From contig CALMSX010000064.1 of assembly GCA_937872515.1 (NCBI GenBank), positions 32,560 through 96,559 of the forward strand: 64,000 nucleotides of DNA. The letters are read 5' to 3'. Shown here piece after piece: positions 9,014 through 18,509 of the stretch; the first letter of the stretch is position 1; each line of letters starts with the position of its first letter. The notes under the pieces were generated by a model that ran no database searches, was not told the origin of the DNA, and saw nothing but the letters and a program-made list of their open reading frames with translations. Origin of the DNA: an uncultured Bacteroidota bacterium. GTDB taxonomy: Bacteria > Bacteroidota > Bacteroidia > Chitinophagales > Saprospiraceae. The translations under genes and the position numbers were made by a program.

Positions 9014-10404
9014 ACAACAGTCCAACATTTATGAAAAATACCAAACCTGAGGGACTAAGTCTCACTGCTTGGGTACAACAGCACCTGGAAATAGCAGAAC
9101 AATCGGCCCATCTCAATGCCTTTGTCCACCTCTTTAAGGATGGAGCTCTCGCAGCTGCCCACAAGATCGAAACGGCCATTGCCCAAGGTAAAAAGCCTGG
9201 AAAGCTATATGGGATTATCATATCGGTGAAAGACAATATATGTATAGCAGACCGACCGGTAAGTGCGGCATCTGCCATTTTAAAGGGCTATGTAAGTCCA
9301 TTTAGCGCCACCGCCGTAGAACGATTGGAAGCAGAAGATGCCATCATCATCGGTACCACCAATTGTGATGAATTTGGCATGGGCTCTGCCAACACCCACA
9401 CGATTTATGGTGCCGTGAGAAACGGAGATGCTGCAGATAAAGTGGCAGGGGGGTCGAGCGGAGGCGCCGCAGTTTCTGTGCAGATAGGGGCTTGTCAATT
9501 GGCCATTGGTACCGATACAGGCGGAAGTATCAGACAACCGGCAGCTTTTTGTGGTTTAACGGGTTTTAAGCCCGGCTACGGTAAAATTTCCAGGCATGGA
9601 CTGATTGCCTATGCTTCTTCCTTTGACCAGCTGGGATTTATAGCAAGGGATCCGTCTCTCATCCGGCTTGCTTATGATATTTGCAGAGGAGCCGATGATT
9701 TTGATTCCACTGTTTCAACAGCTGCGGAGGCTGCAGAAAGCCCTGTAAGTGCAGCCCGATTGGCTACCCTTGCTGATTTTTTTCCAGCGTCCAATTCCTA
9801 TACTCAACAATGTTATCGACTGATACAGAAGTTGGGAGAATCCTTTGATTTGACCCTTACCTCTTTTGAGGGCATGGATTACCTGGTACCAACCTACTAT
9901 ATTTTAACGACAGCTGAAGCCAGCTCCAACCTCAGCAGGTACGATGGCGTGCGTTTTGGCTTGAGGGTGGGAGAAGACGGAAGTCTTGAACACATGTACA
10001 CTCAAACAAGGACCCGTGGTTTCGGTGCGGAGGTTAAAAAACGAATCATGCTGGGCACCTTTGTTCTAAGTGAGGGTTATTACGATGCCTATTACACCAA
10101 GGCACAAAAAGTGCGCCGGTGGGTTAGAAACCAATTAGAGACCCTATTTCAGGATAACGATTATATACTTCTGCCAGTCACCGCTTCAGGGCCATGGGCA
10201 ATTGATTATAAGGCCAATGACCCTTTGGAGGTATATTATTCGGATGTATATACGGTACTTGCCAGCCTCGCCGGTTTGCCCGCCATCTCTATTCCGGTAG
10301 ATTTTGAAAACGAGAGGGTGCATCTGCAAATCATCGGTAAGTCAAATAATGAGCACAACTTGTTGGCTATCAGTGAAAAAATTATTTCTTTATCATTGAA
10401 ATGA
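9010..10404 (+). CDS. gatA: Glutamyl-tRNA(Gln)/aspartyl-tRNA(Asn) amidotransferase subunit A
   Basis: Amidase signature GGSSGGAAVSV and TDTGGSIRQPAAFCG. ATGA start/stop overlap with hisS. Confidence 0.9.
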   Translation: MNNSPTFMKNTKPEGLSLTAWVQQHLEIAEQSAHLNAFVHLFKDGALAAAHKIETAIAQGKKPGKLYGIIISVKDNICIADRPVSAASAILKGYVSPFSATAVERLEAEDAIIIGTTNCDEFGMGSANTHTIYGAVRNGDAADKVAGGSSGGAAVSVQIGACQLAIGTDTGGSIRQPAAFCGLTGFKPGYGKISRHGLIAYASSFDQLGFIARDPSLIRLAYDICRGADDFDSTVSTAAEAAESPVSAARLATLADFFPASNSYTQQCYRLIQKLGESFDLTLTSFEGMDYLVPTYYILTTAEASSNLSRYDGVRFGLRVGEDGSLEHMYTQTRTRGFGAEVKKRIMLGTFVLSEGYYDAYYTKAQKVRRWVRNQLETLFQDNDYILLPVTASGPWAIDYKANDPLEVYYSDVYTVLASLAGLPAISIPVDFENERVHLQIIGKSNNEHNLLAISEKIISLSLK

Positions 10405-10413
10405 AGGCTCGGT

Positions 10414-10444
10414 TTTGACAATTGATCCCTTTTTCATAACTTCG
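10414..10444 (+). promoter_or_regulatory. -33/-7 promoter candidate (TTTG-N19-TAACTTCG)
   Basis: TTTG at 10414-10417 is followed after 19 nt by TAACTTCG at 10437-10444, one mismatch to TAnnTTTG. It lies 19 nt before the ATG at 10464. Confidence 0.4.
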
Positions 10445-10463
10445 CAGGGTTAAATTCAGAACC

Positions 10464-10598
10464 ATGTCAGGTCAGTCTTCAGATTTCGGTAAAAAAGGAG
10501 CCACTTTTGGTAAAATTGTGTTGGGCATCATCTTGTTTGTCATCCTACTGATTTACGTTTACCACCATCCTCACAATAGCGCACCGGTTATACAATAA
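10464..10598 (+). CDS. Unannotated 44-aa single-pass membrane protein (candidate)
   Basis: Translation is MSGQSSDFGKKGATFGKIVLGIILFVILLIYVYHHPHNSAPVIQ. It has one clear TM helix with positive residues inside, is below the track's size cut-off, is preceded by a promoter candidate and ends 11 nt before the next gene. Confidence 0.4.
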   Translation: MSGQSSDFGKKGATFGKIVLGIILFVILLIYVYHHPHNSAPVIQ

Positions 10599-10609
10599 GT
10601 CCGTGCGTC

Positions 10610-11710
10610 TTGAAGTATAAAAGCATATATGTGGCTGCCACCAGCCAACATGTGGGTAAGACTACTTCTACCCTGGGTCTAGTATCCAGCTTTTTACGGA
10701 AAGGATTAAATGTAGGTTATAGCAAACCAGTAGGTCAAAAGCACCTCAATTTCGAAAATTTTAAAGTCGATAAGGATACCATCCTATTCGCAGATCTTAT
10801 CCATTTCCAGATTATCCCGGAGGTGCATAGTCCTGTTATTTTAGGCCAGGGAGCGGTTGAGAAATACCTGGAAGATCCCAATCCGGAATCGTTGATTCAC
10901 CAGGTATTGAATGCCAAAAGGGTACTGGAAGACCGCCACGAGGTTGTGATTTACGAAGGAACAGGACACCCCGGTGTTGGCAGTGTGGTGGGTTTGTCGA
11001 ATGCCCGGGTAGCCCGAATGCTCAATGCGGGTGTTCTCATGATTGTTGAAGGGGGTATTGGAAGTACCATTGATATGCTCAACATGAGTACTTCATTATT
11101 CAGAGAAGAACAGGTTGAAATAATCGGGGTTATCATCAACAAAGTTTTGCCCGATAAACTGGAAAAGGTAAAACACTATGTGGGCAAATGGATGGCAGAA
11201 AACAACATTCCATTGCTGGGACTTATTCCCTACGATCCTACTCTTGCTTTTCCGATAATTCGTACGATTGCAGAAACCATCCGATCGGAAATCATCCATT
11301 TTGAAGGCATGGATTCCAACAGGGTGGGAGGTATCCTGGCCGGATCACTCATTGAACTTAAAGAGTTAAAGAGTTCTGAAGATCTATTGCTGGTTGTTTC
11401 CACCAACAGTATCAAAGACGCCATTGACAAAATCACCTGGCTTTCCAAGTTGTTTCACATCGACCATTGTCCGTTGTCAGGCATCGTGGTTTCCGGCAAT
11501 AAGCCACTCGATGAAAGTGTGTTAAAATATATCAACGACAACCAGATTCCGGTTATCCGCACTGACCTGGATACGTATGAGGCCGTGATAAAGATTTCAA
11601 AAATTGAGGTTAAAATCAACCAAAACACCCCCTGGAAGGTGCAAAAGGCCATCAAACTTATAGAAGAAAACGTAGATCTGGACTACATTATCCAATCAAG
11701 AGATCCTTAA
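10610..11710 (+). CDS. Phosphotransacetylase-N-terminal-like protein (BioD/CobQ-type P-loop domain plus DRTGG domain)
   Basis: P-loop SIYVAATSQHVGKTT at the N-terminus and a C-terminal DRTGG-like segment (GIVVSGNKPLDESVLKYINDNQIPVIRTDLDTYEA). No acetyltransferase catalytic domain. A TTG start is needed to keep the strand before the P-loop. Confidence 0.6.
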   Translation: MKYKSIYVAATSQHVGKTTSTLGLVSSFLRKGLNVGYSKPVGQKHLNFENFKVDKDTILFADLIHFQIIPEVHSPVILGQGAVEKYLEDPNPESLIHQVLNAKRVLEDRHEVVIYEGTGHPGVGSVVGLSNARVARMLNAGVLMIVEGGIGSTIDMLNMSTSLFREEQVEIIGVIINKVLPDKLEKVKHYVGKWMAENNIPLLGLIPYDPTLAFPIIRTIAETIRSEIIHFEGMDSNRVGGILAGSLIELKELKSSEDLLLVVSTNSIKDAIDKITWLSKLFHIDHCPLSGIVVSGNKPLDESVLKYINDNQIPVIRTDLDTYEAVIKISKIEVKINQNTPWKVQKAIKLIEENVDLDYIIQSRDP

Positions 11711-12361
11711 CTAAATCATTTCTACCATATTCCGACCTTGCTTCACCTTGCCGTCGTCTTCCAGTTTTTTCATCAACCTTGAAATTACTACGCGCGATGA
11801 ATTGAGGTCGTTGGCGATCTGATAATGCGAAATCTTGATCTCCTTACTGCGTGTGATGGCTACTTTTTCGGTCAGGTAATTGAATAATCGTTCCTCCATA
11901 TTGTTGAAGGCCAGGTTGTCAATAGCCCTCAACATTTCGTTCAAACGCATGCTGTAATTGTCGATGATAAAGTTTCTCCAGGATCGGTATCTAACCATCC
12001 ATTCATCGATTTTTTCCATAGGTATGAACAGGATCTCAGTAAAATCATCGGTAATGGCCCTGACATTGCTTTTTGAAGCCTTGGCACAACAGTTGAGGGT
12101 CATGGCACAGGTATCACCCAACTCAAGATAATACAGCAAAAGCTCATTGCCCTCTTCATCTTCTGTCATTACTTTAATGGCCCCTGATACAATGAGGGGC
12201 ATGGCATTTATCTTTTCGCCAATGTCAATGATGGTAGTATCCGGCCTGTACTTGTTGAGTTGTCCAAACTGACAAATCTCCCTGATCAGGTCATCCTCTA
12301 GCAGGTACTGGAATTTTTCGTGAAGTACCTCGTAACATTGGGGATTAACTGCGATGGACAT
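11711..12361 (-). CDS. Crp/Fnr-family transcriptional regulator
   Basis: cNMP-binding beta-barrel region and a C-terminal HTH (ISHYQIANDLNSSRVVISRLMKKLEDDGKV). Confidence 0.8.
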   Translation of the reverse strand: MSIAVNPQCYEVLHEKFQYLLEDDLIREICQFGQLNKYRPDTTIIDIGEKINAMPLIVSGAIKVMTEDEEGNELLLYYLELGDTCAMTLNCCAKASKSNVRAITDDFTEILFIPMEKIDEWMVRYRSWRNFIIDNYSMRLNEMLRAIDNLAFNNMEERLFNYLTEKVAITRSKEIKISHYQIANDLNSSRVVISRLMKKLEDDGKVKQGRNMVEMI

Positions 12362-12395
12362 GGATGCTAAATGGATTTAGTAGTTAAATGGCAAT

Positions 12396-15300
12396 TTACA
12401 TATTTCTTCTGTACTGACCACCCACTTCGTACAGAGCATGGGTGATTTCTCCCAGACTGCAGCATTTAACGGTTTCCATCAGCACTTCAAACAAATTATG
12501 ATTTTTAACAGCAGCCAGTTGCAAATGGTTCAGATCAGCCTTAGACCTGGATGCATTGGCTTGCTGTAGGTTTTTCAAAATTTGTATCTGTCTCATCTTC
12601 TCTTCTTCTGTTGCCCTGATGACCTCACCGGGTACGATGGTGGGGCTTCCCTCTTTCGAAAGGAAGGTGTTCACCCCAATGATAGGGTATTCACCGGTGT
12701 GTTTCAGGGTTTCGTAATAAAGAGACTCTTCCTGAATTTTACCCCTTTGGTACATACTTTCCATGGCTCCCAACACACCCCCTCTCTCAGTAAGGCGGTC
12801 AAATTCCAGCAGTACTGCTTCTTCTACCAGATCTGTGAGTTCTTCAATAATGAAAGCACCTTGCAACGGATTTTCATTTTTGGCAAGTCCCAGCTCGTGG
12901 TTGATGATGAGTTGGATGGCCATTGCCCTTCTTACACTTTCTTCTGTTGGCGTGGTAATGGCCTCATCGTAAGCATTGGTGTGCAGCGAATTGCAATTGT
13001 CATAGATGGCATACAGGGCCTGTAGGGTAGTACGGATATCATTGAATGAAATTTCCTGGGCGTGCAATGATCTGCCAGAGGTCTGAATGTGGTACTTTAG
13101 CTTTTGAGACCGATCATTGCCTCCGTATTTATTTTTGATGGCCTTTGCCCACAATCTCCTCGCTACACGGCCAATCACAGCATATTCCGGATCTACGCCA
13201 TTGGAGAAAAAGAAGGAAAGATTGGGTGCAAAATCATCGATGTGCATACCCCTTGAAAGGTAGTATTCAATATAGGTAAATCCATTGGACAAGGTAAAGG
13301 CCAGCTGCGAAATGGGGTTGGCACCTGCTTCTGCAATATGATAACCACTGATAGAAACGGAATAAAAATTCTGGACATCGTGATGGATAAAGTACTGCTG
13401 CATATCTCCCATCAAACGCAGCGAAAATTCTGTGCTAAAAATGCAGGTATTCTGAGCCTGGTCTTCTTTGAGAATGTCTGCCTGCACCGTACCACGAACA
13501 GCGCACAAGGCCTTTGCCTTCAATGTTTGGTACACATCTGCCGGCAAAACCTCATCACCGGTAATGCCCAGCAACATCAGCCCAAGGCCGTTGTTTCCGG
13601 CAGGAATTTCACCGTGGTAAACAGGGCGGGCCAGTCCTTTTTGATCATACTTAGCTGCCAATGCTGCTTCGACCAAATGTTCCATCTGATGCGCTCTGAT
13701 GTAGAGTTCACACTGCTGATCGATGGCGGCATTCATAAAAAAGGCACATACCGTTGCAGCAGGCCCATTGATGGTCATTGAAACAGAGGTGGCAGGGTCA
13801 CACAAATCAAAGCCGGAGTACAGTTTTTTAGCATCATCCAGGCAACAAACACTCACTCCACTATTGCCTATCTTTCCATAAATATCGGGTCTGTGATCAG
13901 GGTCTTCTCCATACAGTGTTACCGAGTCGAAGGCGGTTGACAATCTCTTTGCAGGCATGTCGAGAGATACATAGTGGAAACGTTTATTGGTTCTCTCCGG
14001 GCAGCCTTCACCGGCAAACATACGGGTGGGATCTTCTCCCTTTCTTTTGAAAGGAAATACACCGGCCGTAAATGGAAACTCTCCCGGTACATTTTCCTGG
14101 CCCATCCACCTCAGCAAATCTCCCCAGTCCTGAAACTTAGGCAAGCTTACCCTGGGGATCTTATTTTTTGACAGGGATGTTGTAAAGGTAGGCACGGATA
14201 GTTTTTTACCTCTAACCTCGTATACATATTCATCACCGGTGTACGATTTTACTTTATCAGGCCATGATTCCAGAGCCCTCAGGCATTCTCCATCCAGGTC
14301 TTGTCTCAGGTTTTGAGCCAGGGTCTGCAGGGCATCTTTGCCTTCAATGTTTTTTTCCTGACTTACTTTGTCAAGGGCATAAATTCTGGAAGCCAGCTGA
14401 CTCTGATCCTTCAGCCATTGATCGTATTTGCGATTATTTTCTGATATTTCTGAAAGATATCTTACTCTGTGAGGTGGGATGATGTAGATTTTTTCACTCT
14501 CCGCCTGATCAACAAATAATTTGGATTGGAATCCCGCATTGCATTTTTCATTCAGCAATTGAATGATATGGGCATAAAGCCTGTTGGTGCCCGGGTCATT
14601 GAATTGAGAAGCAATGGTGCCATACACAGGCATGGTTTCCGGATCAATTGTCCAAAGGTCGTGGTTGCGTTGATATTGTTTTTTGACATCCCTCAAGGCA
14701 TCGAGGGCTCCCTTTTTATCAAATTTGTTGATGGCAATGACATCGGCAAAGTCGAGCATATCGATCTTTTCCAATTGAGATGCTGCTCCATATTCAGGGG
14801 TCATTACATACAGGGCTACATTGGAGTGGTCAATGATTTCTGTGTCACTTTGGCCAATACCCGAAGTTTCCAACAAAATGAGATCATAGCCACTGGCTTT
14901 GAGTATATTGACGGTGTCTTTTACGTACCTCGATAAGGCCAGATTCGATTGGCGGGTGGCGAGTGAACGCATGTACACCCTTTCGTTATTGATGGCGTTC
15001 ATCCTGATGCGGTCTCCCAGCAGAGCGCCTCCCGTCTTCCTCTTGGATGGGTCTACCGAAACAATGGCTATTTTTTTGTCACTAAAATCAATGAGAAACC
15101 TTCGCACCAACTCATCTACCATGCTCGACTTGCCACTGCCTCCGGTACCTGTTATTCCCAGTACAGGGGTCGTACTTAGTTCAGCCTGGCTTGAAATGCG
15201 GGCAATGGCATCTTTATTTTCTTCAGGATAATTTTCAATTGATGAAATATAACGCGCTATTTCAGCCTTGGTCATGCCCAATGTTTTGCCTGCTTCGCCA

Positions 15301-15752
15301 TTGAGAACCTTACCGGTAGGATAGTCGCATTTAGACAAAAGGTCATTAATCATACCCTGCAGCCCCATTTGCCGACCATCATCTGGTGCATAAATGCGGG
15401 TAATGCCATAGGCGTGAAGGTCTGCTATTTCATCGGGTAGGATGGTGCCGCCTCCACCACCAAAGATGCGAATATGACCGCATCCTTTTTCGTGCAATAA
15501 ATCGTAAATGTATTTAAAAAACTCATTGTGACCTCCCTGGTAAGAAGTGATGGCAATGGCTTGGGCATCCTCCTGGATGGCTGCATCAACGATTTCAAGG
15601 GCAGATCGGTTGTGGCCCAGGTGAATGATCTCAGCACCGGATTTTTGCAGGATTCTTCGCATGATGTTGATAGCAGCATCATGGCCGTCAAAAAGAGACG
15701 CCGCTGTTACAATGCGAATTTTATTCTTGGTTTCGTAAGCTGTGGCTTCCAT
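12396..15752 (-). CDS. icmF: Fused isobutyryl-CoA mutase (B12-binding domain, MeaB-like GTPase and acyl-CoA mutase catalytic domain)
   Basis: N-terminal B12-binding segment ([16 protein letters not shown]), central G-protein P-loop ([12 protein letters not shown]) and a C-terminal mutase TIM-barrel region of roughly 550 aa. The 1118-aa size and domain order match IcmF. Confidence 0.85.
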   Translation of the reverse strand: MEATAYETKNKIRIVTAASLFDGHDAAINIMRRILQKSGAEIIHLGHNRSALEIVDAAIQEDAQAIAITSYQGGHNEFFKYIYDLLHEKGCGHIRIFGGGGGTILPDEIADLHAYGITRIYAPDDGRQMGLQGMINDLLSKCDYPTGKVLNGEAGKTLGMTKAEIARYISSIENYPEENKDAIARISSQAELSTTPVLGITGTGGSGKSSMVDELVRRFLIDFSDKKIAIVSVDPSKRKTGGALLGDRIRMNAINNERVYMRSLATRQSNLALSRYVKDTVNILKASGYDLILLETSGIGQSDTEIIDHSNVALYVMTPEYGAASQLEKIDMLDFADVIAINKFDKKGALDALRDVKKQYQRNHDLWTIDPETMPVYGTIASQFNDPGTNRLYAHIIQLLNEKCNAGFQSKLFVDQAESEKIYIIPPHRVRYLSEISENNRKYDQWLKDQSQLASRIYALDKVSQEKNIEGKDALQTLAQNLRQDLDGECLRALESWPDKVKSYTGDEYVYEVRGKKLSVPTFTTSLSKNKIPRVSLPKFQDWGDLLRWMGQENVPGEFPFTAGVFPFKRKGEDPTRMFAGEGCPERTNKRFHYVSLDMPAKRLSTAFDSVTLYGEDPDHRPDIYGKIGNSGVSVCCLDDAKKLYSGFDLCDPATSVSMTINGPAATVCAFFMNAAIDQQCELYIRAHQMEHLVEAALAAKYDQKGLARPVYHGEIPAGNNGLGLMLLGITGDEVLPADVYQTLKAKALCAVRGTVQADILKEDQAQNTCIFSTEFSLRLMGDMQQYFIHHDVQNFYSVSISGYHIAEAGANPISQLAFTLSNGFTYIEYYLSRGMHIDDFAPNLSFFFSNGVDPEYAVIGRVARRLWAKAIKNKYGGNDRSQKLKYHIQTSGRSLHAQEISFNDIRTTLQALYAIYDNCNSLHTNAYDEAITTPTEESVRRAMAIQLIINHELGLAKNENPLQGAFIIEELTDLVEEAVLLEFDRLTERGGVLGAMESMYQRGKIQEESLYYETLKHTGEYPIIGVNTFLSKEGSPTIVPGEVIRATEEEKMRQIQILKNLQQANASRSKADLNHLQLAAVKNHNLFEVLMETVKCCSLGEITHALYEVGGQYRRNM

Positions 15753-15796
15753 GTAAATATTTTTGGTTAGGCTGGTGTATGTAAAAAATACAACCG

Positions 15797-16426
15797 TCAG
15801 ATGATCTTTCTGATCACCTGTTCAAATTCGCTCATAATCATAGCTGTGGCTCCCCACAATACCTGGTTGTTGATATCGTAGTAGGGAACATCTTTAAGGA
15901 TGCCTCCTCTTATATCGATATCGGTTTTTTTCTTGTTTTTTCCATCCAGAAAGTGTTTTAAAGGCACTTCAATGATGTTTTGTACCTCATTGCGCTGAAT
16001 GGTAAATTCCGGATCTTCGCCCATAAATCCCACAAAAGGATAAATGAGGAAATTACTTACCGGGATGTAAATAGAACTCAGCTCTCCAATTACACCTACA
16101 TCAGATGCATTGATGCCAATTTCTTCTTCTGCTTCTCTCAGTGCACAATCCTGATAACTGTAGTCTTTTTCTTCAAATTTTCCCCCCGGAAAACTGAGTT
16201 GACCGGCGTGGTGATCGTTTGGGTTGTCACTCACCCGTTCAATTAAAACCACATGCCAATCTTTCTTTTTAGGAAAAATCAAAGCTACCACACAAGCCAG
16301 CACGTGGGAATCAGGAATTTCAAAATTTTGTTGTCGCTCCATGGGAGCCATAAGAAATTGTGCCTCCCGCCCCGGGAGTTCCTCTTCTAATTCTCTTTCA
16401 AGGCGTTCAATAAATTGAATGTCCAT
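15797..16426 (-). CDS. NUDIX hydrolase, CoA-pyrophosphatase-like
   Basis: Nudix box [25 protein letters not shown] preceded by an LSFPGG context typical of CoA pyrophosphatases. Confidence 0.7.
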   Translation of the reverse strand: MDIQFIERLERELEEELPGREAQFLMAPMERQQNFEIPDSHVLACVVALIFPKKKDWHVVLIERVSDNPNDHHAGQLSFPGGKFEEKDYSYQDCALREAEEEIGINASDVGVIGELSSIYIPVSNFLIYPFVGFMGEDPEFTIQRNEVQNIIEVPLKHFLDGKNKKKTDIDIRGGILKDVPYYDINNQVLWGATAMIMSEFEQVIRKII

Positions 16427-16451
16427 TCACTATGGTGAGTTGATACAGCAA

Positions 16452-16459
16452 CAAAAGTA
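16452..16459 (-). promoter_or_regulatory. -7 box TACTTTTG upstream of the Nudix-icmF-crp gene string
   Basis: Plus strand reads CAAAAGTA. It lies 25 nt from ATG 16426. Confidence 0.45.
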
Positions 16460-16539
16460 ATAAACAGGTCAAGATTATCAAAGTTTTACGCATCATCGGC
16501 GGTAGGCATGACATTCGGAAAATTGTCCTTTAGTTGCCC

Positions 16540-16547
16540 TATCTTTG
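16540..16547 (+). promoter_or_regulatory. -7 box TATCTTTG upstream of a 33-codon uORF and the FAD oxidoreductase gene
   Basis: Lies 17 nt before ATG 16565. A second perfect box, TATATTTG, sits at 16582-16589 inside the uORF. Confidence 0.4.
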
Positions 16548-16564
16548 GTATTATATTCTTAAAA

Positions 16565-16666
16565 ATGAAGAATATTAGTTATATATTTGGCCATTATCTA
16601 AAAGACTTAATTAGGATTTTGTTGGATTCGATTTCTAACAGGATTACAAACCAAGAAACAAGGTAA
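16565..16666 (+). CDS. 33-aa upstream ORF (candidate leader peptide or small protein)
   Basis: Translation is MKNISYIFGHYLKDLIRILLDSISNRITNQETR. The ATG lies 17 nt after a perfect -7 box and the TAA stop is 2 nt before ATG 16669. Confidence 0.25.
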   Translation: MKNISYIFGHYLKDLIRILLDSISNRITNQETR

Positions 16667-16668
16667 AA

Positions 16669-17913
16669 ATGAAAGTAGGAATTATTGGCAGTGGGGTAAT
16701 TGGACTCTGTTCTGCCTGGTACCTGGCCCAAAAAGGACATCAGATTGTAGTCTTTGAAAAAGGGGATGGCAGCGATGGTTGTTCATTTGGAAACATGGGT
16801 TATTTGTCACCCAGTCATTTTATTCCCCTTGCTTCTCCCGGCATTGTTACCCAGGGTCTCAAATTTATGCTGAACCCGGTAAGTCCCTTTTACATAAAAC
16901 CCCGACTGGATGCTGATCTGATAAAATGGGCCTATCATTTTTGGCGAAGTGCCTCCACCTCAAAAGTAGCTGAGAATGCCCCTGCTTTGAATGAACTCCT
17001 CCATTTCAGCAGGACTAAAACCATAGAAATGGCTGCTGAACTGAACAATAACTTTGATTTGACACTCAAAGGCTGTTATATGATGTACCGCAAGCCTGAG
17101 ACCGGAAAACACGAAATTCACCTGGCCGGGCATGCAAAAAAACTGGGCATCGACACAGAAATTTTGGATAAGGATGAACTTCAACAAAGAGAGCCCAACC
17201 TGGGAGTTACCTCTTTGGGCGCTGTTTTTTATCCCATTGATGCCCACTTACACCCGGGCAAATGGGTATTGTCATTGCGTAAGGCATTGACAGTCATGGG
17301 AGTAGAATTTAAATTTGACACTCAAATTACCGATTTTGAAACATTCGGCCGATCCATTCGCTCTGTAAGGGATCAAAATGGAGTACAATACTCTGTAGAT
17401 CAACTTGTTGTGGCCGCAGGATCCTGGCTGCCTGAAATTGTACAAAAATTGGGGCATAAAATGTTGTTGCAGCCGGGCAAAGGATATAGCACTACTTTCA
17501 CCGGTCTGAGCCACAACCTGAGTCGACCCGCCATCCTGGTAGATGACAGGGTGGCATTGACCCCCTTTGGTGGTGACCTCAGGGTAGGGGGTACCATGGA
17601 GTTGAGCGGCATCAATCATAATATATATATTCCTAGAGTTCAGGCTATTATAAATGCGGTGAGGAAAAATTTCACTGCTTTTGATTTTGTTTTACCCCCT
17701 AAAGAAAAGCTCTGGTGCGGCTTGCGACCTGTGAGTCCGGATGGTTTGCCCTACCTGGGGAATAGCAAAAAATACGACAATCTTACCATAGCTGGGGGCC
17801 ACGCCATGTTGGGAGTATCAATGGCAGCGGGTACAGGCAATGTGGTGGCAGATTTGGTTGAAAATGGCAGATCCGAGGTTAAAATCGACAAATTCAGGGT
17901 GGATAGATATTAA
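16669..17913 (+). CDS. FAD-dependent oxidoreductase (D-amino-acid dehydrogenase/DAO family)
   Basis: N-terminal Rossmann fold MKVGIIGSGVIGLCSAWYLAQKGHQIVVFEK, with DAO-family length and C-terminal GHAMLG segment. Confidence 0.8.
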   Translation: MKVGIIGSGVIGLCSAWYLAQKGHQIVVFEKGDGSDGCSFGNMGYLSPSHFIPLASPGIVTQGLKFMLNPVSPFYIKPRLDADLIKWAYHFWRSASTSKVAENAPALNELLHFSRTKTIEMAAELNNNFDLTLKGCYMMYRKPETGKHEIHLAGHAKKLGIDTEILDKDELQQREPNLGVTSLGAVFYPIDAHLHPGKWVLSLRKALTVMGVEFKFDTQITDFETFGRSIRSVRDQNGVQYSVDQLVVAAGSWLPEIVQKLGHKMLLQPGKGYSTTFTGLSHNLSRPAILVDDRVALTPFGGDLRVGGTMELSGINHNIYIPRVQAIINAVRKNFTAFDFVLPPKEKLWCGLRPVSPDGLPYLGNSKKYDNLTIAGGHAMLGVSMAAGTGNVVADLVENGRSEVKIDKFRVDRY

Positions 17914-17982
17914 TTGTGATTATAAGTGAAAGCTATAACTAAAAGAATTTGAATGACTATTGCACAGTAAAAATATTATATG

Positions 17983-17990
17983 TATATTTG
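17983..17990 (+). promoter_or_regulatory. -7 box TATATTTG upstream of the MarR-family gene
   Basis: Lies 63 nt before ATG 18054. An ATTG -33-like element sits 20 nt upstream. Confidence 0.4.
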
Positions 17991-18053
17991 CAGTTCGGAT
18001 GAAATGTACTAATTGCTAATCTCTTTTATTAAAAAATAAAACAGCAATCTTAC

Positions 18054-18509
18054 ATGGCTAACAAGAAGTCGAAAGTGGTAGACACCCAACAACCTGAAAA
18101 CAAAGGATTCGCACTCTGGCAATTATCAAACCAATGGCAAAGAGGACTTAACTCAGTGTTAAAGGAATATGACCTTACACACGTTCAGTACATTTTGCTT
18201 GAGGCAATTGTTCAATTGGGCGACAGTTATGACCAACTTACCCAAAAATCTTTGGCAGACCATGCCAACGCCAATACAATGATGACATCAAAAGTATTGC
18301 GTTCACTAGAGCAGAAAGGTTTTATCCACAGGGTAGGTCATGAAGTTGACACAAGGGCAAAACACGTTACCATCACAAAAGACGGTAAAGCTCTTTACAA
18401 AAAAGTTAGCAAACGCGTAGAACAGTACGACAACCAATTCTTCGGTACGTTGGGTTCTAAGCTTTCAGCTTTCACAAGCGCACTGGATATCCTTAGCGCA
18501 GGACTTTAA
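18054..18509 (+). CDS. MarR-family transcriptional regulator
   Basis: Winged-helix core LTHVQYILLEAI...LTQKSLADHANANTMMTSKVLRSLEQKGFIHR. Confidence 0.8.
   Translation: MANKKSKVVDTQQPENKGFALWQLSNQWQRGLNSVLKEYDLTHVQYILLEAIVQLGDSYDQLTQKSLADHANANTMMTSKVLRSLEQKGFIHRVGHEVDTRAKHVTITKDGKALYKKVSKRVEQYDNQFFGTLGSKLSAFTSALDILSAGL

Noticed and set aside
15758-15765. A perfect TAnnTTTG box on the plus strand between icmF and the Nudix gene
   Set aside because: It points antisense into the Nudix gene with no downstream ORF. Such chance occurrences are expected in AT-rich DNA and show that the motif alone is not sufficient.
15753-16668. A cobalamin riboswitch upstream of the B12-dependent icmF operon
   Set aside because: The icmF-Nudix gap is only 44 nt. 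The 242-nt region upstream of the Nudix gene shows no B12-box-like conserved core or extended pairing that I could recognise by eye. A covariance-model scan would be needed to be certain.
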